A stretch of 64,000 nucleotides of DNA from an uncultured delta proteobacterium (GTDB lineage: Bacteria > Myxococcota_A > Polyangia > Polyangiales > Polyangiaceae): assembly GCA_963782055.1 (NCBI GenBank), contig CAWAIF010000003.1, forward strand, positions 2,080,001 to 2,144,000. The letters run 5' to 3'. Under the pieces are notes generated by a model. That model was not told the DNA's origin, did no database searches, and worked only from the letters and a program-made list of their open reading frames with translations. Made by a program: the position numbers and the translations under genes. Shown in pieces: positions 42,710 through 53,563 of this stretch. The stretch's first letter is position 1. Each line of letters begins with the position of its first letter.

Positions 42710-44364
42710 CCTGGATTTCGCTCGCACCGGTCCTCGGAGCGGGCGCGGGCGTCGCACGGGTCGGCGCGTCCCGGATCGGTGCCCGGCACGGCTGCCGCGC
42801 ACGATAAGCGCGTAGCGTGAGCACACGTCCCCCTTTCCCCCGCCTCGCAAACCAAGTTGTGTGCCGGTCAATTCAGCATCGGGCGAGGAGCGAGTCGCAG
42901 CTGCCAGCGACCCCCGACGCGCAGCAGGCGAGCGGGCACCAGGACGCAGGCGCGACGCATCCAGGTCGCGCGCCAGTGTGCCACGGCGGTCCCCGGGCAC
43001 AGCGACAGCACCCAGCGACGCATCAGGTTGTAGGCCAGCAGCTTGAGCAGCAACGCGGCCTCGTTGGCGTCGAAGGTGTTCGTCGGGGCGTAGCCGATGC
43101 CGAAGGCGTTCTTGAGCTCGGCGAAGAGCGGCTCGATCCCCGCCCGGCCGTCGTAGAAGCGCGCCACGTCGTCGGCGTCGCGGTCGTGATCGTTGGTCAG
43201 GTAGACCTGCGCCGAGTAGTCGAGGTCCTCCCAGAGGTGGACCTGCTTGCCGGTGTCGCGCTCGCTGGTCCGCACCGCCACCACGCGCCAGCCGGGAGGC
43301 CAGTCGTCGCGGCGGAAGTCCACCACGGCGACCTGTCGCGTCGGCTCGCCGAAGGCATCGCGATCGGTCGTGCGCCAGCGCGTCGTGCGCGCGACGGCGC
43401 TCATCAGGTTGGCGGTCTGCCGCATCTTCGCCACGAAGTACGCCCCGCCGCGCTCGACCGCAGAAAGCAGCGCTGCAGACTCTCCGCCGGAGTCGATCCG
43501 CATCGTCACCACGGCTTTCGGCGCGGCGCGATGCAGCCGTCCGATCCACTGCGCGATGTCCTCGACGTCGTCCTCGCCGATGCCCGTGTCGCCCGGCCGC
43601 AGCCGCGCTCCGAGCATCGTATCGGTCTCGGCGATGCGCGCCAGGATCGGGTGATAGCTCACGCGGCCGTGGTAGCGCGGGTTGTAGCCGACGTGCGCTC
43701 CCTCTTGCTCGCCGAACAGCGGCGTCACCGTCGTGTCCACGTCGATGGTCAGCTCCTTGGCGCGGAGCTTGGTGAGCGGCTCGAGCCCCTGCTCGGCCAT
43801 CAGCTCTTCCAGCCTCTCGAGCTCGCGGCCCCTGAAGCGCCGCAGATCGTCGTAGAGCACGTCGATGCTCGGCACGATGCCGCCGGCGAGGTGCCGGAAC
43901 ACCGGGTCCGTCGCGAGCACCTCGAAGTCGAAGATGCGCCGCGCTCCCGCCACCGACGCGTCGAGCAGAAGCTGAATCTGCGCCGCCATCGGATAGACCA
44001 CCTGCGCTCCGGTCTTGAGGTGCCCGAAGTCCCGCCGAAGCCGACGCCCGAGTCCAATCCCCTGCACGAACGCGTTGAAGGACGCGAGGCCCCCGAGTCC
44101 CGACAACCTCGGGTCCGGCCGCCCCACCTCCAGCCCGCTCGCGCGTGCTCGCCGCACCCGGCGATTCGCCCGCTGCCACTCCCACCCCTCGGGACGCTTG
44201 CTTCCGAGCTGCTCTCGTCGCACCTTCTGGGTGCTCGGCGTGTCGCTTGCTGTTGTCTTCATCAACTCCATCAACCGGCGCGCCGAGCGCTAAATTCCAG
44301 GGCGCGCGTCGATTTTCAGGAGCGTGCATCATGCAACCGTCGCCGGAATGGAGCGAAATCTAGG
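42710..44364 (-). mobile_element. IS1380-family insertion sequence (1655 bp)
   Basis: Terminal IRs CCTGGATTTCGCTC and GAGCGAAATCTAGG match at 13/14. A 5-bp TTGAA direct repeat sits at 42705-09 and 44365-69. One transposase gene. Confidence 0.92.
42868..44274 (-). CDS. IS1380-family DDE transposase
   Basis: LTIDVDTT..LFGEQEGA..GYN...YHP; LRPGDT; RIDSG; FYDGRAGIE..FAELK; FDANEA. Confidence 0.9.
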   Translation of the reverse strand: MMELMKTTASDTPSTQKVRREQLGSKRPEGWEWQRANRRVRRARASGLEVGRPDPRLSGLGGLASFNAFVQGIGLGRRLRRDFGHLKTGAQVVYPMAAQIQLLLDASVAGARRIFDFEVLATDPVFRHLAGGIVPSIDVLYDDLRRFRGRELERLEELMAEQGLEPLTKLRAKELTIDVDTTVTPLFGEQEGAHVGYNPRYHGRVSYHPILARIAETDTMLGARLRPGDTGIGEDDVEDIAQWIGRLHRAAPKAVVTMRIDSGGESAALLSAVERGGAYFVAKMRQTANLMSAVARTTRWRTTDRDAFGEPTRQVAVVDFRRDDWPPGWRVVAVRTSERDTGKQVHLWEDLDYSAQVYLTNDHDRDADDVARFYDGRAGIEPLFAELKNAFGIGYAPTNTFDANEAALLLKLLAYNLMRRWVLSLCPGTAVAHWRATWMRRACVLVPARLLRVGGRWQLRLAPRPMLN

Positions 44365-44963
44365 TTGAACTCCACCGCGATGTGCACCGGCGTGTTCCAC
44401 GTGTTGGCGACGAAGGCGGCGAAGCAGTCGCTGGCGCCCGCGTAGGTCTGCATGTGCGTCGCGTAGTAGTCGCAGCCCACCGACTGCTTGTTGTTGACCG
44501 CGGCGGTGCACGCGTTGGTGCACTGGCCGGTACCGATGTCGCAGCCATCGGTGCCGCTGCACGTCTGGATGACGTTGTTGTTGCAGTCGAGGACGCTGTG
44601 CAGATCGCTCGAGCACTTGCCCTGGCACACCGTGCCGTCGCCCCCGCCGTCGCTCGGCGGGAAGAAGGGGTCCCCGTCCTGCGTCAGCACGTCCATGTCG
44701 GTGGCGTCGACGCCTCCGTCGTCCTGGCCGAAGGCGCTCGGCCCGGTGCCACCGCAGCTCGAGACCGCCAACGTTCCCCCCACCAACCCGACCGCCACCA
44801 GAGAGAGGACCGTCACGCGCATCGCAAGCACCTCCAAGTCCGTCCACTTTAGCGCATTTTTCCGCCCGAGGACCCTCGGCACCGAGCCCACATGTGCGCA
44901 CGCGCGCCGCCATCGGCGCCCGAAGCTGCCGACACCCCGCGGCTTCGCGCTATGCTGCGCCCC

Positions 44964-45812
44964 GTGACGACTCTCTGGGACCGCGCGGCTCCTGGCTATC
45001 TCGAGGAGTGGGTTCCCCGGCTCGCCCCGTACCACACCGACTTCGTGACCGAGCTCTGCGTCCACGCCGGGGATCGCGTCCTCGTCGTGGCGTCGGGGCC
45101 GGGGTCGGAGGCCGTGGCGGTGGCGCGCGTCGTGGGGGAGGAGGGCTTCGTACGGCTGGTGGACTCCAGCCGCGCCATGCTCGACCTCTGCGAGGCGCGC
45201 CTCGCGCAGGCGGCGGTCCCGTGCCGCACCGAGACGGTGTGCGCCGAGCCGAGCGACGCGAGCGGTGGTCCCTACCACGCCGTCGCCTGCGCCTTCGGCT
45301 TGCTCGGGCTCCCGGATACCGGCGCCGCCCTGCGCGCGTGGCGCGACGCCCTCGCCGAGAGCGGCAAGGTGGGCGTGATGGTGTGGGGACCGCCGGCGGC
45401 AGACGATCCGTACGAGCTCTTCGCCCGCGTCGCGGTGGAGCTGGAGCCCGACATGCACGCTGCCTGCCACCATCCCGGCGTCGTGGATCGCGCGGGGATG
45501 GCGGCCATGTTCGAGGAGGCCGGGATGGCGATGGTCCGCCACACGGTGGTGGCCCACACGCTCGTCTTCAAGCGGGCAGAAGACTTCACCCGCGCGCTGC
45601 TCTCCTCGTGCGCGTGGCGTGACGAGCTCAGGGCGATCGGAGCGGCGCGCGCGGCGAAGATCTCTGCGCGCTTCTTCGAGGCGGTGGGCGGGCCGGACGC
45701 GCCGCTCACCTACCGGCCGCCGGCCACCATCGCCCTCGCGGGGCTGCCGGGCGCGCAGATCGAGCTGCCGCACAGGCCGAGCGTGCGCATCCCGGCGGTG
45801 TCGCCGTCGTGA
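44964..45812 (+). CDS. Class I SAM-dependent methyltransferase-like protein
   Basis: WDRAA..Y; GDRVLVVASGPG (degenerate motif I); LVDSS..ML; CAFGL..LPD..AAL. Alternative ATG at 44952. Confidence 0.72.
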   Translation: MTTLWDRAAPGYLEEWVPRLAPYHTDFVTELCVHAGDRVLVVASGPGSEAVAVARVVGEEGFVRLVDSSRAMLDLCEARLAQAAVPCRTETVCAEPSDASGGPYHAVACAFGLLGLPDTGAALRAWRDALAESGKVGVMVWGPPAADDPYELFARVAVELEPDMHAACHHPGVVDRAGMAAMFEEAGMAMVRHTVVAHTLVFKRAEDFTRALLSSCAWRDELRAIGAARAAKISARFFEAVGGPDAPLTYRPPATIALAGLPGAQIELPHRPSVRIPAVSPS

Positions 45813-46675
45813 CACACCCCGCGCACGACGTCATCGTGGCTTCGCTACGCGCCTCGCGGCTCCTGATGCGTCGGGACGGCGGCGACCCGTCGACGCTCCG
45901 GACGCTGGACGTGGTGCTGGACGGCTCGGACGAGCAGGCCGAGGCGGTGACCGCGCGCGTGCGCGAGAGGCAGGGCGTGCGCCTGCCGGTCGTCGCCGCG
46001 TGCGCGAAGGGTTGCGGGTTGTGCTGCCACCAGGGGATCATCCTGGGCGCGCCGGAGGCCGTTCGCATCGCCGAGCGACTGCGCGCCACGCGCGGGCCGG
46101 AAGAGCTCGCGCGGATCAAGGATCGGCTGCGCGACTACGCCGACCGCGTGCGCCCGCTGAAGAGCACGCTGGAGCGCCACGAGGCGCGGCTGCCTTGCCC
46201 GCTGCTCCACCCCGAGGAGCAGGCGTGCACCATCCACGAGATGCGCCCCGCGCCGTGCCGCGGGCAGAACTCCTCCAGCGTCTCCGCCTGCCTCGCGGCC
46301 TACGAGGGCCACGACCCGGCGGCGCAGATCCCCGCCGCGGACCAGGGGCAGCAGCCGGTGACGCAGGCGGTGTGGCTCGGCATGCTCGCCGCGTACGCGA
46401 TGGAGGGCTACGACGCCCGCCCGGTGGAGCTCGCCGCCGGCCTGCTCTACCTGCTGGAGCACCCGGATGCGGTCGAGCGCTGGCTGCACAAGGAGCCGGT
46501 GCTCGCCGCGGCGGAGACGCCGCGCAGCAAGGAGTTCACCGCGAGCCGCCGCTCGACGATGGAAGAGGTCATCGCCGCCGTCCGGCAGATCGAGGCCGGG
46601 GGCGCCGGGAAAGAGGCCACGGGCGACGCCGCGCGGCGCGAGCGCAACCGCCGGAAGCGCGCGCGTCGCCGGTAG
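45809..46675 (+). CDS. YkgJ-family cysteine-cluster (Fe-S/Zn) protein
   Basis: CAKGCGLCC and CPLL..C.IHEMRP..CR. GTGA overlap with the upstream gene. Confidence 0.82.
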   Translation: MTHPAHDVIVASLRASRLLMRRDGGDPSTLRTLDVVLDGSDEQAEAVTARVRERQGVRLPVVAACAKGCGLCCHQGIILGAPEAVRIAERLRATRGPEELARIKDRLRDYADRVRPLKSTLERHEARLPCPLLHPEEQACTIHEMRPAPCRGQNSSSVSACLAAYEGHDPAAQIPAADQGQQPVTQAVWLGMLAAYAMEGYDARPVELAAGLLYLLEHPDAVERWLHKEPVLAAAETPRSKEFTASRRSTMEEVIAAVRQIEAGGAGKEATGDAARRERNRRKRARRR

Positions 46676-46789
46676 AATCGCCTTCACTTTTCCGAAGCCT
46701 GACCGGCCTGCTTGCGCTAAGGTTCGCGCCCCCGGGGCCGGAATGGACCGCCCCGCGTCTGCCCTTGAACGGGCGAGGGAGTCTTGCCG

Positions 46790-48067
46790 ATGCCGCGTTA
46801 CCGCTTCACGTCCGAGTCCGTCACCGAAGGCCATCCCGACAAGCTCTGCGACGCCGTCAGCGACGGCATCCTGGACGCGTTGCTGGCCCAGGACCCCCAC
46901 GCGCGTGTCGCGTGCGAGACACTCGCCAAGACGGGCATGGTCGTCGTCGCCGGGGAGGTCACCACGTCTGCGGTGGTGGACTACGCGTCCATCGCGCGGA
47001 ACACGGTGCGTGACATCGGCTACACCAGCTCGGAGATGGGCTTCGACGCGGACACCTGCGCGGTGCTCACGGCGGTGGAGAAGCAGAGCCCGGACATCTC
47101 CCAGGGTGTGACCGAGGGCGAGGGCCTGCACAAGGAGCAGGGCGCCGGCGATCAGGGGCTGATGTTCGGCTACGCCTGCGACGAGACCGAGAACCTCATG
47201 CCCGCGCCCATCGATTTCGCCCACCGGCTCGCGCGGCAGCTCGCCGGCGTCCGCAAGAGCGGCAAGGTCGACTTCCTCCGGCCGGACGGCAAGACGCAGG
47301 TCACCCTGGAGTACGAGGACGCCCGGCCGGTCCGCGTGGACGCCGTCGTCGTCTCCACGCAGCACTCGCCCAGCGTGAAGTACAAGACGCTGCGCGAGGC
47401 GGTGATGGAGCTGGTGGTCGAGAAGGTGCTCCCGAAGAAGCTCATCGACAAGGCGACCAAGTTCCACGTCAACCCGACGGGCCGCTTCGTCGTCGGCGGG
47501 CCACTGGGCGACTGCGGGCTCACCGGCCGCAAGATCATCGTCGACACCTACGGCGGCATGGGCCGTCACGGCGGCGGCGCCTTCAGCGGCAAGGACCCGT
47601 CCAAGGTGGATCGCTCCGCCTGCTACTACGCGCGCTACGTCGCCAAGAACGTCGTCGCGGCCAAGCTCGCCAGCCGCTGCGAGGTGCAGGTGGCCTACGC
47701 CATCGGCGTGGCCCAGCCCGTGGGCGTCCACGTCAACACCTTCGGCACCGGCAAGGTCTCCGACGAGCGCCTGGAGCGCTACATCATGGAGCACTTCGAC
47801 ATGCGACCGAAGGCGCTCATCGACGAGCTCCGCCTGCTGCGCCCCATCTACCGGCAGACCGCGGCGTACGGCCACTTCGGCCGCTCCGAGTTCTCGTGGG
47901 AGAAGACCTCCCGCGCCGAGCAGCTCGCCGCCGACCTCCTCGGCGGGAAGGTGAAGGGACGCGCCTTCACCAACGGCAAGCTGAACGGCCACGGCGCCAC
48001 GGTCTCCAAGAAGACGAAGAAGAAGGACAAGAAGCGCAAGAAGAAGGATCTGGCCGCGCAGGCCTGA
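46790..48067 (+). CDS. metK: S-adenosylmethionine synthetase with Lys-rich C-terminal extension
   Basis: [66 protein letters not shown]. Confidence 0.98.
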   Translation: MPRYRFTSESVTEGHPDKLCDAVSDGILDALLAQDPHARVACETLAKTGMVVVAGEVTTSAVVDYASIARNTVRDIGYTSSEMGFDADTCAVLTAVEKQSPDISQGVTEGEGLHKEQGAGDQGLMFGYACDETENLMPAPIDFAHRLARQLAGVRKSGKVDFLRPDGKTQVTLEYEDARPVRVDAVVVSTQHSPSVKYKTLREAVMELVVEKVLPKKLIDKATKFHVNPTGRFVVGGPLGDCGLTGRKIIVDTYGGMGRHGGGAFSGKDPSKVDRSACYYARYVAKNVVAAKLASRCEVQVAYAIGVAQPVGVHVNTFGTGKVSDERLERYIMEHFDMRPKALIDELRLLRPIYRQTAAYGHFGRSEFSWEKTSRAEQLAADLLGGKVKGRAFTNGKLNGHGATVSKKTKKKDKKRKKKDLAAQA

Positions 48068-48110
48068 GCCTCACTCCCGGCGCCCGGCGTGCCCGAGTAG
48101 AATGGGGCGC

Positions 48111-48935
48111 GTGAACGACACCCCAGACCCGCGCAGCGGAGGGCTCCTGCAGGCGCTCGCGCTGCTGGCGCGCCCGGCGCGCTTCGAGGCTCTCGAGCCG
48201 ACGCACGGCGCCGTGCCCTACGCGCGCGTGAAGCGGCGCGGGGTCCGGCCGCTCTGCGACGTGTACCTGCCGCCGGAGCCCGGCCCGCGCCCGTCGGTCA
48301 TCGTGGTGCACGGCGGGGGCTTCCTCATCGGACACCGGCGCATGAAGCCCGTGCGCTTCGTCGCGACGCGCCTCTGCCGCGCGGGCTTCGCCGTGTGCGC
48401 CGTCGACTACCGCCTGGTGCTCCGCGGCGGCGGGCTGGACGCGCAGGTCGCCGACGTGACGGCGGCGGCGACGTTCTGGCGGTCCGAGCTCGACCGCTTC
48501 CGGTGCGACCCGGCGCGCGTCTCCATGCTGGGCTTCTCTGCGGGGGCCTCGCTCATGCTCCTGCACGCCGCCGCGAGCGCGCCGTATCACCGGCTGGTGA
48601 ACGTCTACGGCGCGATGGATTTCGACCGGATGGGGGGGCGCCGCGCCGAGCTCTTGATCCGCATGGTCACCGGCACGGCCGACCGGTCCGCGTGGCGCGA
48701 GCGCTCGCCGGGCGCGCACGCGCACATGGCCTCGCCGCTGCTCACGATCCACGGCACGCGCGACGAGCTCGTCCCCGTCGCCCACGCCACGCGCCTGCAC
48801 GAGGCGCGTCGCGCGCGCGGCCTCCCGAGCGAGCTCGAGCTCGTGCCCGGCATGCCGCACGGGTGGATCAACGACGCGTCGCTGCCGGAGACGGAGCGGG
48901 CGGTGGAGCGGGTGATCGCGTTCCTCCGCGGCTGA
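48111..48935 (+). CDS. Alpha/beta hydrolase (HSL-like esterase/lipase)
   Basis: VHGGGF, DYRL, nucleophile elbow GFSAG, HGTRDELV, GMPHGW. Confidence 0.9.
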   Translation: MNDTPDPRSGGLLQALALLARPARFEALEPTHGAVPYARVKRRGVRPLCDVYLPPEPGPRPSVIVVHGGGFLIGHRRMKPVRFVATRLCRAGFAVCAVDYRLVLRGGGLDAQVADVTAAATFWRSELDRFRCDPARVSMLGFSAGASLMLLHAAASAPYHRLVNVYGAMDFDRMGGRRAELLIRMVTGTADRSAWRERSPGAHAHMASPLLTIHGTRDELVPVAHATRLHEARRARGLPSELELVPGMPHGWINDASLPETERAVERVIAFLRG

Positions 48936-48944
48936 CCCGCTTCG

Positions 48945-50379
<1,435 letters not shown>

Positions 50380-50383
<4 letters not shown>

Positions 50384-50430
50384 CACCCGCGTAACGCGCG
50401 AGTGCCGAGTCACCCGCCCGTCACCAGCGC
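50380..50430. promoter_or_regulatory. 11-bp-periodic direct repeats, Pho-box/OmpR-family operator-like
   Basis: GTGAC (50380), GTAAC (50391), GTGCC (50402); GTCACC at 50409 and 50420. Confidence 0.5.
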
Positions 50431-50598
50431 GCGCGGACGCGCCGTGAATGTCGCGGGAACGCGACGGCGAGGCGCGACGCACCGAGGCACGCAAACGTCA
50501 CGACCGACCCACCGACGCGCCATCGCCCACCCATACGGTGCGCGCGCTCCCGACGAAGAACGAAAGTCAACGCGTCGCCGGGAGCAGGGAGGTTACTC

Positions 50599-51816
50599 AT
50601 GCGAAGGTCTCACAAGGGCGTCGCGGTGCTCGCTTCGTGCACCGCCGTCCTCGCTGCATCGACGGCGCACGCGGCCAATCCGCCGTGCGACAACACCGGG
50701 CTCGCGGGCACGGTCATCTACGTCGGCGGTTCGAGCGCCGCCAAGCCGATGCTCAAGCAGGTCAGCGGCACGCTGGCCAAGCTGAGCTCCCCCATTCGCG
50801 TCATCTACCAGAGCCTCGGCTCCTGCGCCGGCCTCACCGACATCACCACGGACACCAAGGAGTCCACCACCGGCGTCTACTGGGACGAGAGCAACAACCT
50901 GCAGGAGCTCTCCTGCGACCCGCCGCAGGGCGGCTCGGCGCTGGACGTCGCCGTCTCCGACGTGTTCCCGACGTCGTGCACCAACATCACCCTCAAGGGT
51001 AACCAGCAGGACAACCAGGGCTCCGCCCAGGTGTTCATGTTCATCACCTCGCCGTCCTCCAAGGAGAACGTCGTCAGCGAGGAGGCGGCGTTCGTCGCGT
51101 ACGGGTGGGGCGGCAACACGCACGTCGTCGACCCGTGGAACGACAATGCCTACGTCTTCTTGCGCGACCCGGCGAAGTCGGGCACGTACTCGATGCTCGC
51201 CAAGCTCCTGGCGCTCGACCCGGCCAAGGAGAAGGGGACGATCCCCGGGGCCGGCAAGACGCCGGACATCGTCAACGCAGTCCACGCGGCGGACTCCACC
51301 AAGCCCGACGCCTCCATCGGCGTGGTCTCGGCGGACTACGGCGACGCCAACCGCAGCGGCAACTCGGCGGTGAAGATCCTCGCCTACCAGGACAAGGGCG
51401 CGGCCTGCGGCTTTTACCCTGACTCCGGCGGAACCACCTTCGACAAGATCAACGTGCGCACCGGGCTGTACCCGTTCTGGGGTCCCATCCACTTCATCGC
51501 CGACAAGAGCCCCAAGGCCGAGGTGGCCACGCTCCTGTCCTTCTTCACGCGCGAGGGCCTCTCCGACGCGAACAAGAAGCAGATGATCGACAACGAGGTC
51601 GCCGCGTTCACCGTCCCGCAGTGCGCGATGAAGGTGAAGCACACCGCGGAGACGTCCCCGGGCGCCTCGCTCAACCTCACCCCCTACGACTCCCCCGAGC
51701 CTTGTGGTTGCTACTACGAGTTCAAGGCGACCGGGACCACGAGCTGCACCGCGTGCACCGATGACGGGCCGTGCGGCGGCGGCAAGTGCCGCTACGGCTA
51801 CTGCGAGGCCAAGTGA
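50599..51816 (+). CDS. PstS-like (PBP type 2) substrate-binding protein with Cys-rich tail
   Basis: GGAGG RBS and signal peptide. GGSSA, YQSLGSCAG, DVAVSD and RDPAKSGT parallel the PstS phosphate-binding motifs. Confidence 0.72.
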   Translation: MRRSHKGVAVLASCTAVLAASTAHAANPPCDNTGLAGTVIYVGGSSAAKPMLKQVSGTLAKLSSPIRVIYQSLGSCAGLTDITTDTKESTTGVYWDESNNLQELSCDPPQGGSALDVAVSDVFPTSCTNITLKGNQQDNQGSAQVFMFITSPSSKENVVSEEAAFVAYGWGGNTHVVDPWNDNAYVFLRDPAKSGTYSMLAKLLALDPAKEKGTIPGAGKTPDIVNAVHAADSTKPDASIGVVSADYGDANRSGNSAVKILAYQDKGAACGFYPDSGGTTFDKINVRTGLYPFWGPIHFIADKSPKAEVATLLSFFTREGLSDANKKQMIDNEVAAFTVPQCAMKVKHTAETSPGASLNLTPYDSPEPCGCYYEFKATGTTSCTACTDDGPCGGGKCRYGYCEAK

Positions 51817-52070
51817 TGAAGACCCGAACGCTGCTCCTCCTCGCGGTGGCCGTCACCGTGCCGGTGTTCTCGCTCGCCGCGTGCGGCGGAGACGACAACA
51901 ACAACGCGGACGGCGGCCCGCAGAACCAGGTCGACGCCGGCAACGACGTCACGACCGACACCGGCACCGGCACCGACGCGGGCGCGGACGCTCCCAACGC
52001 GTGCGCGACCGGCATCGTGTTCGACAACGCGGGCCGCGTGCCCAGCTGGCCGAACCCGCCGCAACCCTGA
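51816..52070 (+). CDS. Small lipoprotein (84 aa)
   Basis: TGATG coupling to the upstream gene, LAAC lipobox, DAG/DTG linker and C-terminal C...FDNAGRV. Confidence 0.75.
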   Translation: MKTRTLLLLAVAVTVPVFSLAACGGDDNNNADGGPQNQVDAGNDVTTDTGTGTDAGADAPNACATGIVFDNAGRVPSWPNPPQP

Positions 52071-52093
52071 ACGAGAACCGAACCGTGGGCCCG

Positions 52094-52122
52094 GGGGGCG
52101 GAGGCAGTGCGCCTCCGCCTCC
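52094..52122 (+). terminator. Intra-operon GC stem-loop (attenuator or mRNA stabiliser)
   Basis: GGGGGCGGAGGC-agtgc-GCCTCCGCCTCC, with no U-tract. Confidence 0.45.
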
Positions 52123-52147
52123 GCGGGAGAGGAAAGGATCTGCCGTC

Positions 52148-53563
52148 GTGAAGGTGACGCTCTCGCGGCTCCTGGCGCTCGTCGTGGTGACCGCTTCGTG
52201 GCTGGGCTCGGCACCGGTCGCGCGGGCACAGGACGACGACGACCTGGTCGTCTCGGCCAACCCCGGGGCGACGGCGCCGCCTCCCGCGCCCGCGCCGAGC
52301 GCGGCGACCGCCGCTCCCTCCGGCGTCGAAGCCCGGCTTCGCGCGCTGGAGGAGAAGAACGCGGCGCTGGAGGCGCGCGTGAAGCGCGACTGGCTGCACG
52401 TCCTGCTGGCGCCGCTCCACGGGAGCGCCTTCGTGCAGGGCGACTACCACGGCAGCCAGCTCTCCGAGGACCAGGTCCAGCAGGGCGGCGTGCTCTACAA
52501 CGAGGACCGCTTCCTGCTGAAGACGGCGCGCGCGCGCCTCGACGCGCGCTGGAAGTACGCGGGCGCCGAGCTGGAGCTCGAGGCCAACACCGTCAGGGGT
52601 CCGACGCTGCGGATGTACCACGCGTTCGGGACGCTCCGGCTCCCCAACCCGAAAAACCACGAGGTGCCCATCGCGGCGGCGAGCATCGGCCAGATCGACA
52701 CGCCTTACGGCTACGAGCTGCCGGAGTCGCCGCGCACGCGCTACTTCGTGGATCGCACCACCTCCTCGCGCGCGCTCTTCCCCGGCGTGCCCGACCTGGG
52801 CCTGTGGCTGCACGGCGGGCTCGGCCCCTTCCGGTGGAGCTTCGCCGCGATGAACGGCAACCCGCTCGACACCATGTACGCCGACCTGGCGCCTGTGAGC
52901 GCGAAGCAGGTCGTCTTCCGTCTGGGCTTCGAGACCCACGCGCGCAAAGACCTGGAGATCGCCGGCGGCGTCTCCGGCCTGCGCGGCAAGGGCTTCCACC
53001 CCGGCACCGACGCGAGCAAGAACCTCGTCGCCTGGACCGACAGCAACGAGGACGGCGCCATCCAGCCGTCGGAGCTCTCCGGGGAGGCGGCCACCGCGGC
53101 GGTGCCCTCCATGCTCTTCGACCGCTGGGCGATCGGCGCCGACCTGCAGGCGCGGCTCCATACGCGCCTCGGGACGACCACCGTGTACGGCGAGGTCACC
53201 GTCGCCGACAACCTGGACCGCGGCCTGTACGTGGCCGACCCGGTCTTCCTCGGCCAGGACGTGCGCGAGCTCGGCGCCTACGCGGCGGTCACGCAGCAGG
53301 TCACGCGCTGGGGCGTCGTCGGCTTCCGCTACGACTACTACGACCCCAACCTGGATGCCTTCGACAGGCGGGAGGGCAAGCTCATCCCGACCAGGCAGGT
53401 CATCCAGACGTTCTCGCCGCTGGTCGGCCTGGTGCTGCCCGGACGGGCGCGGCTGCTCTTCGAGTACGACTTCGTCCGCGATTCGCTGGGTCGGAGCACG
53501 GCGGGCATCCCGGCGGACCTGAGCAACGACGCGTGGACCCTCCGCCTGCAGGTGTCGCTGTGA
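52148..53563 (+). CDS. Outer membrane porin, OprO/OprP-like
   Basis: GGAAAGGA RBS, signal peptide and short coiled coil. RFLLKTARARL and GQIDTPYGYE..SP resemble OprO/P-type motifs. C-terminal beta-strand TLRLQVSL. Confidence 0.68.
   Translation: MKVTLSRLLALVVVTASWLGSAPVARAQDDDDLVVSANPGATAPPPAPAPSAATAAPSGVEARLRALEEKNAALEARVKRDWLHVLLAPLHGSAFVQGDYHGSQLSEDQVQQGGVLYNEDRFLLKTARARLDARWKYAGAELELEANTVRGPTLRMYHAFGTLRLPNPKNHEVPIAAASIGQIDTPYGYELPESPRTRYFVDRTTSSRALFPGVPDLGLWLHGGLGPFRWSFAAMNGNPLDTMYADLAPVSAKQVVFRLGFETHARKDLEIAGGVSGLRGKGFHPGTDASKNLVAWTDSNEDGAIQPSELSGEAATAAVPSMLFDRWAIGADLQARLHTRLGTTTVYGEVTVADNLDRGLYVADPVFLGQDVRELGAYAAVTQQVTRWGVVGFRYDYYDPNLDAFDRREGKLIPTRQVIQTFSPLVGLVLPGRARLLFEYDFVRDSLGRSTAGIPADLSNDAWTLRLQVSL

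Larger units (their letters stand above)
41351..44822 (-). pseudogene. IgGFc-binding-domain lipoprotein paralogue interrupted by IS1380-family element
   Basis: The 5' part (MRVTVL...VSSC...HIAVEF, 44822-44365) and 3' part (NGTKV...VIPPTPH) rejoin in frame into 604 codons when the IS and one TTGAA copy are removed. The result is collinear with 36278-38077. Confidence 0.9.

Noticed and set aside
41351..44332. 993-aa ORF reading through the IS into the IgGFc C-terminal half (apparent fusion protein)
   Set aside because: The IS-derived part is an off-frame shadow of the transposase. The IRs and target duplication explain the junction, and stop-free off-frames are common in this window.
46676..46789. 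Possible SAM riboswitch upstream of metK
   Set aside because: I could not identify the conserved core of SAM-I, SAM-II or SAM-SAH by eye. An Rfam/Infernal scan would be needed.
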